This document shows, piece after piece, positions 26,688 through 39,376 of a stretch of DNA of 64,000 nucleotides; the first letter of the stretch is position 1, and the number at the start of each line of letters is the position of its first letter. A program made the position numbers and the translations under genes. Under the pieces are notes generated by a model. The model saw nothing but the letters and a program-made list of their open reading frames with translations. It had not been told where the DNA came from and did no database searches. This stretch comes from Sminthopsis crassicaudata (lineage: Eukaryota), in contig NC_133621.1 of assembly GCF_048593235.1 (NCBI RefSeq), positions 254,841,238 to 254,905,237 of the forward strand. Direction: 5' to 3'.

Positions 26688-26970
26688 GGCCAAGAAAATA
26701 ATAAAACAAAATACAAAAAATGAGAATATAGAAGAAAATGTGAAAGAACTTATAAGAAAAAACAATAGATCTGGAGAATTGGTCAGGGAAAAAAAAATCT
26801 TTTGGACTACCTGAAATCCATGATCAAAAGGAAAAAAAAAAGAAATGGCACAATAATATACTATGTGACTTTGCTTTCACTGGGTTTTAGTGGAGGATTA
26901 GAGGAAGCAAAATACCATAATGTGAAAGAGCTAGACAAATTCCACAACCCAGTGACAAAAGTTTTCTGCA
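26688..26970 (+). mobile_element. L1 ORF1 fragment (degenerate)
   Basis: agaagaaaatgtgaaa...ggactacctgaaatccatgatcaaaa resembles marsupial L1 ORF1 (EENVK...GLPESHDQK). Confidence 0.6.
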
Positions 26971-27130
26971 TGATTTTAAAACAAGCACATAAGAAGTGTT
27001 AATTTATTTACTCTTTAAATATTTATTAGCTTTAATATATGACAAATCCCTTATTGTTATCCCTCTAATGTTACTTCTATTATACTTGTAATTATGGTAT
27101 TTGTGGGCCAATTTAATCTTTCCCACTACC

Positions 27131-27350
27131 TTCGGTGGTACAGTGGATGGAATGTTGGACCTAGAGGCTCAGCTCAAATCTCACATCACACTTTTAGCTG
27201 TTAGATACCGGGCAGCAAGTCACAAGCCTTGTAGGCCTCAGTTTCCTCATCTGTAAAATGAGTTGAAGAAGGAAATAGCAAACCACTCAGTCAGTATCAA
27301 TGCCATGAAAACCCCAAATGGAATGATGAAGAATCAGACTGGACAACAAA
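27131..27350 (+). mobile_element. MAR1-type SINE
   Basis: ctcagtttcctcatctgtaaaatgagttgaagaaggaaatagcaaaccactc...aaaaccccaaatgg. Confidence 0.75.
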
Positions 27351-27487
27351 TTAGGTAGATTATAAACTCCTTGAGGGTTAAAGCCACTTTCACATTTAGA
27401 TCCCTTGTATTAAGCTTATAAGCAAAAATGGGATTATGAGAATAAGATAATTTAGAACTGGGAAGGGACCTTGAGGATCTTCTATAT

Positions 27488-27657
27488 AGGGATTCTTAAC
27501 CTTTGGAGTGTCATAAACCCCTTTGCAGTCTGCTGAACCCAATGGAGCCCCTATAAAAGTAATATTTTAAAATATATGAACAAAAACAATTATATATGTC
27601 AAAATACAATTGTCATTTATTTTTTAAAGTTCAAAGATCCCAGATTAATAATTCCTG
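27488..27657. mobile_element. hAT-like MITE
   Basis: Inverted ends agggattcttaacc ... attaataattcctg. Confidence 0.45.
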
Positions 27658-30600
27658 ATCTGGTTAAATTCTTTTATTTGAGAGATGAAAAAAAAAAAAA
27701 AATGAAGCTCAGAACTCACAAAATAATTAGCAAAGCTGTTATTGGAATCTAGATCCAAATGCAGTTCTCCTTCCAGTGTATCAACATTTGAAAGCTAATC
27801 TAACATAGTAAATAATTATTTCTCAAATGCTCATTTTAATTAACATTGAGATTAGCTAATTTTCAGCTTTTAACCAGCAGATCAAATCCTTATGGCACAG
27901 AAACAACAGAACTTGCTTCTTGGTTGACATCACTGCCAATGTGTAAAATCATAACTTTGGAACAAATCCATTTGTATATTTAGCTATTCATCTTTATCAA
28001 GCTATAAGTTTAACATTGAGTCACAGTGGTGGTACTAGTGTTTTGTTTTGTTTTTTTCTCTCTCTCATTCTTTGGCTTTTCTCCCTAGATGATGATTCAG
28101 ATAGGCATATGCTGCTTTTTTAAAATTTATTTAGGCAAATTTGAAATGAATAAACACTATATCTTCTCATCTAATATTAAATCTCCCTTCAAAGGCTAAA
28201 AAGATTTTAAGCTTACAATATAACCCTAGATCCAACTCCATTAAAAAAAAACTTAATAAGTAACATTTTTACCAAGCTATTCCATTACATTTGGAATGAA
28301 TGGCAGAAGAATCATTCCAGATGCTTGTTAAAAACCAAATCCACAAACTTGACTCACAAGCAAGTCCTGACAAGCCACAACATCTAATGGGCAAGCAGAA
28401 GTACAAATGTTGCAGCAAACTTTTTATAATGTTATGATTCAAAATAAAGCATCACTGTCTCACTAATATTAGAGCTCCCTTCTCTCCCAGGAATACTTTT
28501 CTTTTGGGTATTCTAAAGCTGATTTTCTTAGGTGGCAAGATGTAGGGTAGGATGTATTCCAATAATATCTACCTTTATCTAACTAATCTTCATTAGTAAG
28601 CTCTTCTATTCCTCACTAATAAATAATGCATTCAGAATGCATTCACTTTTCCTTTATGGTATCCCAAAATCTTGCCTCCTTCAAGTCCCAGCTAAAGAGC
28701 CACCTCCTTCAAAACATCTTCTTTGACAACTGGAAAATGCAGGAAATAGCCTTATATTCCCTTTTTCTTTCCAGTCTGTACTTTAACACCTGACCAGTTC
28801 CTATCACACGCTTTAGGACTCTGAAATAGGGTATGGGATTATTAATGTACCACACCTTGTTCTTTACTAGCTCCAGGTCTATAGTATTAACTTAATATTC
28901 ACACACTTGATACAACTATACCTACAAATTAATTCAATGATTTAAAAATCTCACTCTGGTTTCCAAAGTAATTCACATTTTATTACAGCAAAGTCCCCAC
29001 TTATTCAACTAACATTTAGAACCCCCAATGATAAAGCCCAATCTTCAGATACAAGTCAATTTGCTTATTACTTACTTGTGGAATCTTGGTTAAGTGAGGA
29101 CTTCTTTGAATATCAATTTCCTGAAATATCCCCAGATAGTAATCTTGCCTTTTTCTGCACACTGCCTAATCTTCACCTGCTTTTTCTTGCTAGTATAAAA
29201 GTTCTTTGCTTATCTTTCTCCCACAGAGTACACTTAAAAAAATATTTGTTGAAATCACAAAGGATCTTCAGCAGCTATCCAGCTTAAAGAACTTTCTATA
29301 ACATTCAATACATGGTCTACCATCTAATTGACCAATCAAAACCCTCTTTCTCTCAATTCCCCCCTCCTACCCACCCAGTAGAAAAAAAATACTGGGTGGT
29401 GGCCCACCCCCACTTTTACCTACCAATACTGCTACTTCCTCAAGACATTCTACCTCTGATGCATTTTCACTTAACTTTCCTCCAATTCCTGGCTTCCTTT
29501 AAGATTCAACTAAGTAACATTCCTCAGAAAGTCTTTCCCAATTTTTATTCCTAGTAGTTTCCCTCTGTTGATTATTTCCAATTTATGCTATATGTATCTT
29601 ATTTGTACATAGTGAGTTACATTGTTTCTCTTATTAGACTGGAAGCTCTTAGGCACAGTGCCTGACACAAAGTAATGTGCCTAGCACATGAACAAACTGG
29701 AGACCTCCATTCTTGAAGGAAAAGCCAAGGCCTTTATTACTCTAAAATAGCTCTAATAATTAGGACATTTTCCTCTACAGCTCACTTTTTTTTTTCTCTT
29801 AGTAAGTACTACCTATTTTTCTACTGATTTATCAAGAATTCATACCTATCAATACTTGGGGAAGCCTAATAATACTCATCTTTGGAGTTCTCCCCCTAAA
29901 GCTGGATGACAGAATGAACTAGAAAACTCACTTTATCTTTAGCAAGCTGATCTTAGACACCAAACTATTCTTCCTCTTTACATGCCATCTATAATACACC
30001 TTACTGCCTTTGCTGTTGTGTCCCACCACCTCTTATTCCTAGAAAAGTTTATTTCTTGAAAGGAAATGTGAAATGACTTCTATATATAACTGCGAACCAA
30101 CACGTTTTTTTCTCATAGCTCTATTCCCTGAGCACCACCACTGAATATATGCCATCTTCCCCTCTTCAGAAGAAATCTCCATAAGTGTAAGGGCTATTTT
30201 ACACTTATGTCAGTAGAATTTTAGCTAAGTGCCTGATACATAGCTTTTTCACTCATCCTCTTTCCCAGACCTGACTTCTGGGGTTAAAGTTCCTGTTTTG
30301 ACATATTCAAAGACCCTGTCTAATCATGGTCTAATAATTTGAAGATAGGAAGAACTGGGGGTTCATATGTTACCTCCTCAGTCACTAGCTGCATGATCTC
30401 AGGCATGTCACTTAACCACTTAATCTCAGCTCTTAATCTATAAAATGAGAATTCTGGATTAGATGTTTGAACTCTAAGGTGCCTACAAAGTCTAAATCCT
30501 ATGAACATGAACTATATATGATATATAAAGAAAAATCCCTTTTAGAGAAACAGTCCTCCGGGACAACAGACTCACTCAGAATGGTTCCTGTAATACTAAA

Positions 30601-31439
30601 CTAGGAGAACTTTTCCATTTCTATCATTTGAAATGTTTTACCTCCAAACAAAAAAGGAATAATTTTTAAAAGTCATTAACTAATATATGCAAAAGATCTG
30701 AAAAAAAACCAAATTAGATGTGAAGTATAAGCAGCAGGATTTCTGAAAAGTACAGTACTAAAATCTAGCTCTCTCTTGCTTGGTTTTTCTAAGCCTCATA
30801 TTTAGGGAATACTTGTTATTATTTTCTATAAACAGATATCTGATGACTGGGAGCTGGAGCTAGGAATATTATTAAGACAATAATGGGCCAGACTTAAAAG
30901 CTGGCTTTTTGAAATTCATACATATTTTAAAAGGAAAAACGACAGACTGATTTATATTCATATTTGACCAGTTAATATGGTAACATGTCATTAGGAGTTG
31001 AGCAATTATCACCCTTTTCTCCTTACCTCCCCCCAAAAAACAACCCACAACTCTTATGAACTCTCAAAGACAGCTGAAATCTGTGCTTGGGATTCTCCAT
31101 GCTTATCACAATCATGAGAAGCAGCATAGCACTCACTATAGGGCTAGCCTCAGGAAGACCACGTTTCAAAAGTCCTGCTCTGACACATACTGGTTAGTGT
31201 TAACCTGTACAATTCAATTAACTATACCTTTTTCCTTCTCTATGTTTTCCCAGGAAACATTCTAAAGACAAGAAACTGAAGAACAGTGTTGAGAATGCTT
31301 CCTCTGGAAGTTCCCCTTCATTAGTGAGATCACAAGTCTATCAAGGAGATTGAAACAGGGGCATCAAGGAATTTTAGGAAGGGCATTGAATGAAAGCATC
31401 TAAGAAATCAACCAGCTTAGTTAGGAGTTCAAGGTTTTA

Positions 31440-31700
31440 TATCACATAAAAGCAGGTGTAGGAACTTAAAATGTTCAGCAGGGAGAAGACAAGACTTGGA
31501 GGAAAAGGGATAACTACTTCCAAGTATCTAAAATACAATAAAAGAAGTAGCAAAGAGGCAAAATTTAGCTTCATGTAAATGTTTCCTAACATAACTGCAA
31601 TACACCAGAGTGGAATGGGCTACTTCCAGAGATGAAGAGCTACCCTTCATGAGAGTTTTTAAACCAAGGCTAGAGGGCTGATTATAATATACCCTAGATT
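31440..31700 (+). mobile_element. CR1/L3 3' fragment
   Basis: gttcagcagggagaagacaagactt...ttccaagtatct...ggaatgggctacttccagagatg...tttttaaaccaaggctag. Confidence 0.6.
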
Positions 31701-31959
31701 CCTGGTCAGGTAAATGCTGGACTGTAGATTCTACTTATGCACATATTTTCTTTGTCCAAGGATGAAAATAACTCCAAAATTTTAAAGATGTAGCTGTTTT
31801 ATCTTGTCTGAACCCCCTAACCTCACTTTCTTTCTCAGTGGGATCCCCTCTTATCACGGGAAGTCAGGTTTCCTGATTTCTAGCTCTCCAAACACAGAAA
31901 GACCATAATACTAATAACAGAATGAATCACTGGGATGTTACTTCTCCCATACTTTTAAG

Positions 31960-33140
31960 GATTTGGAATGACAGATTTTATTTCTCTTAAAAACATTTCA
32001 GTCCTCTTAAGTAGAAGAATGTTTTTTTTGGGAGGAGGGAAGAGACTTAAGAAGGTGACATTTATTGCTACTAGAAATCAAACAATATGCCTAAAGGCAG
32101 GCATAGAATGTCAATGTGCTTTTATGGGCACAAGGAGGGAAGCTAGTGTCAGACCTGAGTTCCAGAAGGATCATTTTGGTGGAATGATATTTAAATGAAT
32201 TTGAGATAAAGAAAGCCTATATCAGGGTGATGGGTCTAGGAGATATTGTGAAAAGAGAAAGGGTAACATGTTTTTATTTAATATATAGGGTCACTGTGAG
32301 TGAGGAGTGGAAGATCACACCTTGATTGTGAGATTATGTGACTGAATTGTATTTTCTTTCAGAGTAACCAGGAATTTGGGATGAGGGGCTGGAGTTTGTG
32401 GGGAAAGATAAAAAGTTCTATAATAAACATGTTATATTCAAGATACATAAGAGACATCTAGTTTGAGGCACTAACAGGCAGCTGGATATGCAAGATGAGA
32501 TGTCAGGATAGGAGTTAGGACTATATAAACAGAACTGAGAATCATCTCCAAGCCCGTATCATGAAGTGCCATACAAATCGAGAATCTACAGACCCAATAA
32601 TCTCCTTTCAGCTGTATTTCTCATTACCCTATTTCCCCAAAATCGATAAGGTAGAAAAATAAAGAGCCCAAAACACAATCTCATCTGTACCCTGTTTACC
32701 TCCCTACCCAGCTTCTATTCCCAGCATAAGTAGACTTGATTATTAAGAACCTACAATTCTTACTTTACCACTGAAAAATTTTGCTTGACCCAACAACAGC
32801 CTTGATAGCTAAACTATAAGTTTAGTCAGAGAAAGACTCTGACAGGTTGGTGAAAAGAAAGGAAGGTAAGGAATCTTTTATCTCTGTGGAAAATAGGGGA
32901 AGAGAAAAGGGAGGAAGGAAGGAGGCAATAGTGGTAAGATGGGGATCATCTAATAATAATATATAATATTTATGATATATAATAACAAAACAAAATAATA
33001 TAAAATAATAAAACATGATCTCAGAAGAAACTGTTGACACTGGCCTGATTGCAGATGTTGGAGAAGTAAAAGTAAAGAGAAAAACTAAAAGTTGGTTAGG
33101 CTGTGTCAAAGTTATGCTACTTAGAGTCATTCATGGGAAC
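31960..33140 (-). mobile_element. L2 fragments (two blocks, about 31960-32530 and 32820-33140)
   Basis: Antisense L2-type purine-rich sequence (gttatattcaagatacataagagacatctagtttgagg). Confidence 0.5.
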
Positions 33141-33342
33141 TGCTTCTCATTTATGCCTCATTACCATATAAGCACAATAATGGTTATGTGTACTATTAAG
33201 TATTTATCAGATTAACTTTCTTTCAAATTTTATTGGATTACACCAGTAAAAACTCTATGTGTGTCCTGTATCTGCTCAGTCTTCTTAAATTGTTGATTAT
33301 GAATTATTGTTATCTGCTCATAAAGTGTGATCAACTTGATGA

Positions 33343-33347
<5 letters not shown>

Positions 33348-33376
<29 letters not shown>
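33348..33376 (+). repeat. Poly(A) run (similar runs at about 18452-18472 and 23539-23563; poly(T) at about 63345-63372)
   Basis: Homopolymers seen directly. Confidence 0.9.
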
Positions 33377-33378
<2 letters not shown>

Positions 33379-33555
33379 AAAGCCTCAAATGCAGGGAGAA
33401 ATGCATTAGTAATCTTTAAAGAAGTCTTATCCTCCTAAGAACAGGAAGAATTATCCTTCTAAATACAGTGATTACTTATTTGCCACTTTTCCTGACATAA
33501 AAGGGAAGGCAGCTGACCACATACTGGGGAGGACCTCAGATGCCTAAATGTAGTC

Positions 33556-33751
33556 CAGGGATTCTTAAGCTGAGCCTGTGAATTTGAGTTGTTGTTGCTG
33601 TTTTTTAATAGTTTGATAACTATCGCAATACAATTGGTTTCCTTTTTAATCCTGTCATTTTATTTTATGCAATTTTAAAAAATAATATGAAAGGATTTCC
33701 TTTCCTAGACCACCAGAGGAGTCATAACACAAAAAAGATTAAGCATCCTAG
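33556..33751. mobile_element. hAT/Charlie-like MITE, same family as 3446-3789 and about 50900-51030
   Basis: cagggattcttaagc...gataactat...gtcataacacaaaaaagattaagcatcctag. Confidence 0.55.
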
Positions 33752-34779
33752 GTTCTAGGCTAAGTTCTTCATTTGACAGATAAGGAATTGCAACCCAGAG
33801 AAGTTAATCAACAAGACAATCAGAAGAGGACTCAAACTCCAGGACTCTTTCTACTACATCACTGAGATAACAGACAATTCACCAAAAGAGACTACCTAAC
33901 CTCTTTCCCTAAAGATATTTAGGAATACCAGAAACATATTTAGGGGAAGTCGCACAACTGGAATTTTGAAAGGAATTAGTTGGTAATGGGTGAAATGAAC
34001 TACTCCAAATAATTGATGAGCCTTCAGATCACTAATGTATACAACACATCATGATAATATTTCTAAGAATATTTTAAAGAAAGACCCAGGAGCAATGATT
34101 TGGGTCCAATATCAGATGCACTGATAACTAATTTGGGAGAACAACTAACTGAACTGTAAGCTCTATTAAGTGCAAGGATCCTATTTGAATTAAACTCAAC
34201 TCTGTAAATAAATCTTCCCTCTTACTGATCTAATAAATATGTTATTGAACAGACTTCAAGAAATAGAATTAGTGTTAATGAGAATCCTGCCTTCATGAGG
34301 CCAGATGACACGGTTCCTGGATCAACCAATTGAAGTATTTAGAAACTGGATTATCAGCAAGGACTGGGATTTCAAAAACGCAGAATTCATTTTGTTTGAC
34401 TGCATATCAGTTTCAAAAGCATTCCCAATAGAGAGAAAAGTAACAGGACAGAAGACAGATTTTTGCTAATTAAAAAAATAAGAGTTCTCATTCATCAAGA
34501 TTGTGATAAACTAACTAATCAATTAATGCCTCTAATCCAGAAAATATCCTCAAATAAATTAAGGAAGCTTATTGTAGTCATTCTTAAGTGGATTTTTAAA
34601 AATCTAATTTAAGACTGTTAATTGGAAGGCAGGGGAAAATTCTGAGAAAAAGGAGGGAGAACAACTTTCTGGATACTTGTGAGCACTGTCTCAAATATTG
34701 CTTTGAATGTGAACCTATTCAATGTCTAAACACAATTCTTTTTAAGGTTCAGCAATCCATAAAGAAAACCCAGTGATTT

Positions 34780-35215
34780 CAAAAAAGTCTGGAGAGACTT
34801 ACATGAACTGATATTAAGTGAAGTGAATAGAGCAAGAGAATATTGTACACAACAAGAACATGATCAATTCTGATGGATGTGGCTCTTTTCAACATCCGGG
34901 TAATTCAGACTAGTTCCAATGGTCTTGTGATTGAGAGAGCTATCTGTATCCAGAGAGAGAACTGTGAGGACTGAGTGTGGATCACAATATTTTCACCTTT
35001 TTTTTTGTTGTTGTTGTTGCTGTGTTTTCTTACTCATTTTTTTTCTTCTTGATCTTTTTTTTTTCTTGTGCAGCATGATAATTGTAGAAATAAATGCACT
35101 TAAAAAAAAAACATATTGCATTATCTGCTATATAGGGAAAAGAAATTTGGAACACAAGGTTTTGCAAGGTGAATGCTGAAAACTATGTTTTGAAAATTAA
35201 AAAGCCTTTAAAAAA
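34780..35215 (+). mobile_element. L1 3'UTR, 5'-truncated
   Basis: gacttacatgaactgat...atgatcaattctgatggatgtggctc...tttgaaaattaaaaagc. Confidence 0.8.
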
Positions 35216-36401
35216 ATTCAGATATCACAGAAGCCAGCTGTTGCAATCAGCTGAAAATTCAATAAGGGATAATTACAAAAAATTATTAAACTGCCTGTTC
35301 ATTACCTTTGTCAACTTATAGGGAATGCACCTGATTCATAAAGTAAGTCCTTTATAAGACTTTGGATGTTAGACTTATCAGAAATATTTTTGGTAAAGAT
35401 TTTTTTCTCCCCAATCTATTTCTTTCCTTTTTGATCCAAATGAATTTATGTTTGTTGTATAAAAGCTTTTTATTTCTACTTAATACAAAACTAATTTCTG
35501 ACATAAATCTGACATTTAGCATCTCTAAGTAATGACACAAATATATGAATGAGTCATTCTACAGAAGTTAAGTGATTGAGAGATTACAAATAGCTAAATC
35601 TTGAAACATGTGATAATGTGAAAAGGTGTCCAAACTGCCCCTAAATAAGAAAAACACAAATTAAATGCCATTCTGTACTTCTTAAATTGGCACCAAAAGA
35701 ACCAATGACAAAAAAAAAGACTGCATATATACCAAGATATTTATAGTGGAACTTTCTTTGGTAGAGTACATCCCACTTACTAGGGAGTAACTAAACAAAC
35801 TGTGGTATGTAATAGAATATTATTGTGAAATAGTGAATGCAATGAATATAGATAGTAGCGTCAAGAAAACAATATATACAATAACAACAATTGTTAATGG
35901 AACGAACCACTCAACATTTAAAACTGAACTTGAGAAATTATAAGGAACAAATATAGCTTCAAAGAAAAAATAATGAGAAGAAAATTAATCCTGAGCCTTC
36001 CAAGGGCAAGGGCCTACAGGTGAACATGACTGTACTAAACATCAGGGTTGTTTTTTTTTAATTTTAATCAATTCCAAGGGTATCTTTTAAAACTATTTTG
36101 TTTTGAGTGAGGAGGAAGAAGAATGAAGAGATCAAGAGGCAATATCAACAAAATTAATAGACAGTAAAAAAGGATCAGAGTACAAAGTAGAACATGGTAT
36201 GCATGTGTGTGCATGTATGCATGCATGTGTGTGCTCACATTTCAGTGTGGCTGAAGAAGACTGGACTGTGTTAATGAGAGGGAGGAAGAACAAGATATTT
36301 ACTGGGTATGATGAATTCTTTCTCCTGTAATTCTGACATTTATTGAGAAATGTTTTTATAGGACATGTTTTACCATTTAGGATCAGAGTCTTCCAAAGAA
36401 T

Positions 36402-36434
<33 letters not shown>

Positions 36435-36773
36435 TACATATTAATTTAATATAATCATTTGTATATATGTAATGTGTATGTATCTATCTCTATGGACACA
36501 CATATTGCTAAGTGCAACTGAATAAATTTGTGGCAGGAAAGAGAAAAATTCACAAAGATATAAATCCTTTTTCTGGCTCCAAAGGTGGAGAAAAAATAAC
36601 AAGTACAATATATATACATATATTTTACACTTGAAACACTTTCTCGTGTATTTGCTTGGAGACCTAAACATTCTCGGTGGCATTTCAAGGGCATCAGATT
36701 ACAAAGACAAACAGAAGTCATCTTTTAAAATGTTTTACTATTTCAATGGGTCCCGTTGATGAACCTAGCCTTC

Positions 36774-36943
36774 CAAATGTGAAAATATATTTATTGTTTA
36801 ACCTCTATTGCATTGCTTGCTGTCTTGGGGAAGGGAAAGGAGAGAAGGGAGAAACATTTGGAACACAAAGTTTTTCAAAGGTCAATGTCGAAAACTGTTT
36901 TTGCACATATTTGGAAAAATAAAATAAAATCCTATTTTAAAAA
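36774..36943 (+). mobile_element. Short L1 3' end
   Basis: L1 terminus flanked by a 15-bp TSD with 2 mismatches: ATGAACCTAGCCTTC (36759-36773) and ATGAACTTAGTCTTC (36944-36958). Confidence 0.8.
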
Positions 36944-39306
36944 ATGAACTTAGTCTTCTCTCAAACTGACCATAAATAAAAGCAAATCTACAATCTTGAC
37001 CCCTTCTTCACAAGTTTAAAACCCCCTACTCAGAAACAGCCTAACATGTCAGAATTAAGATGCAGAGCTATTTAGGTAAGAAAACTCCCATTGATACAAA
37101 TCTGTGAGTTCGAAGTAAATGACAAATTCTGCACTACATTTCAGATATAAGGCCTAACTTTAAAGAGGGTTCAGAGCTTTTGACGCCATATTTCAGTGTG
37201 GCTGAAGAGGACTTTGTTAATGAGAGGGAGGAAGAACAAGATATTTACTGGGTATGATGAGTTCTTTCTGCTGTAATTCTGACATTTATTGAGAAATGTT
37301 TTTATAGGACATGTTTTACCATTTAGGATTAGAGTCTTCCAAAGAATGATAATAATATGTTTTCCCCATTACACAGTTGAGATCAAATTATATGCCTCCC
37401 AATTACAACCATGAAGTATCCATTTACATACCTTCCCCTCAACCCATAGTCCCTCAATAATGTTGTTAACTGTCACTAAAGTGAGAGATTTAAGTAGGAC
37501 ACTTTTCTCCATACCTAAGTGCTTTTCTTTTATCCACTCTGCAAATAATTTCTCATTCCACTACAATTAGGGAATTCCTTTCTTCCTTTTGAACAGTTTA
37601 AAGCAATTATTTTACCAAAAGCACCTTATTTCCCAACTCCAAAATAAAAGCAATCTCCAACAATATGACCAAAAAGAACACACAAAAAGTTGCATATTTA
37701 ATGAATGACTAACCCTGACCCTGGAGAAAGATGAAGGAAAACACATCTCCCTCCCTTTAAGGTAGAGTAGGAGGTTGACCAGAGAGTGAAATGCTATCTC
37801 CAAGACTAAGGTCACCATATGGATTGGTTTTGCTTAACTGATTCTTTTTGTTATAATGGAACGCTCAACACATTAATGGGGAAATAAACAGCTGAACAAA
37901 TTCTCTTTTATGAATTAAAGGAATAAATACTATTCTGTGGTAAGACACCACAAGAGGAATGGTTTCAAAGAAACCTGGGAAGTTGTGTATAAATGGGACA
38001 CAGAATCAAGTGAACAGAGCCAGAACAATTACCAACTAAAAACAAGCAACTTTGATGAACTAACCCACAATTCTAGAAGAATGGTATTGAAGCAAATCAT
38101 CCAATTTCTGATATGGGAGTAATTGACTAAAGATGCAGAATGAGACATAATTTTTAATAGGGCCAATGTGAGAAATCTATTTTACTTTGCTAGGCATATT
38201 TTTTCAAGGATTTTGTTTTTCTTTTTTCTTTCCAATTAGGAAAGTAGGAGAAAAAATAATAATTAGTAATTGGATTAAATAAATTTTTAAAGGAAATGCT
38301 CACTGGCTGATATTGAAGGAAGAATATGAAATTTTCATAAGTACCGTTTCAACCGATCACATTATCTATTATATTTTCTGTTGTTTAAGGCAAAGAGCAA
38401 TGAGCTTAAGATTTTAAAGACTTGGAGGCAGGGGGAAATGATTTAGTTAGAAATCCTAGTCCTGATTCATCTTGACTAAATATCCCCAGATAACCATCAT
38501 ATCTCTTCATAATCTCAAGTTTCTTTATCTAAAAAGGTTAGGATTCCCATTTTATGTCAATATCCTCCAAAGGAGGAGATATGGTCCTTTTGGATGTCAT
38601 GGCATGATCCCATTGAGTATGCTATCAACCAATGAAAGGGATATAAAAAGAGGACTAACTAGAGCCTCTCACCACTCATATCACACCCTCCATAGAGTTC
38701 CCAAAATATTTTTTTTCTAAAAGGCACACACTATTCAATAAACTCCGGAGGCTCCCTATTGATTCTTAGTTCAAACATTACTTCTTCCATCTCACTTTCT
38801 GAGTTTCTGTTTTATGTAAATTTTTAAATATGTATAATTATTAGTAGCTGAATATATACATATATATATTTACATTTAAGTAAGTAAACACAAGAGGGAG
38901 TGTGATATTGCATTGGTAAGACCCATTGAGATGAGTATTTTTATTGATGTAGAAACAGCTGGTTCTATATAGAAAATATTCTAGTAGGATAAAATACCCT
39001 CATATCTAGTATCCAAAATAGTCACTGTTACAAAGACATCAATTATGGATTGTGTGCTTTTTTTTAAAAAAATAGGTACTTGACTCTCAAATTTCATTTC
39101 TCATCACATCAAGTAAGAAACATTGATATCCCCTTAACTCCCCCCTCCCATCCTTCCCCACCAAAATATACTCTCAACTAAAAACCTGAGGAGAGAATGT
39201 AGCATCTAGGTAACACTTGGGTACTTTTTCATATGAATTTTTAAAATACTATATTTGTAAAGCCAGAAACCCAAATCTTCAAAGTTGAAGAGTATTTATT
39301 TTGTGA

Positions 39307-39376
39307 TGAGTCACGTGGAATTGTCTTTCAGGGCCCCAAGAGGCCCTTAGGCAGGAACACATAAGGGAAATTTTTC
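39307..39376. promoter_or_regulatory. Candidate enhancer motifs: AP-1 TGAGTCA overlapping E-box CACGTG, plus a kB-like GGGAAATTTTTC
   Basis: Motif matches in repeat-poor sequence only; no functional data. Confidence 0.3.
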
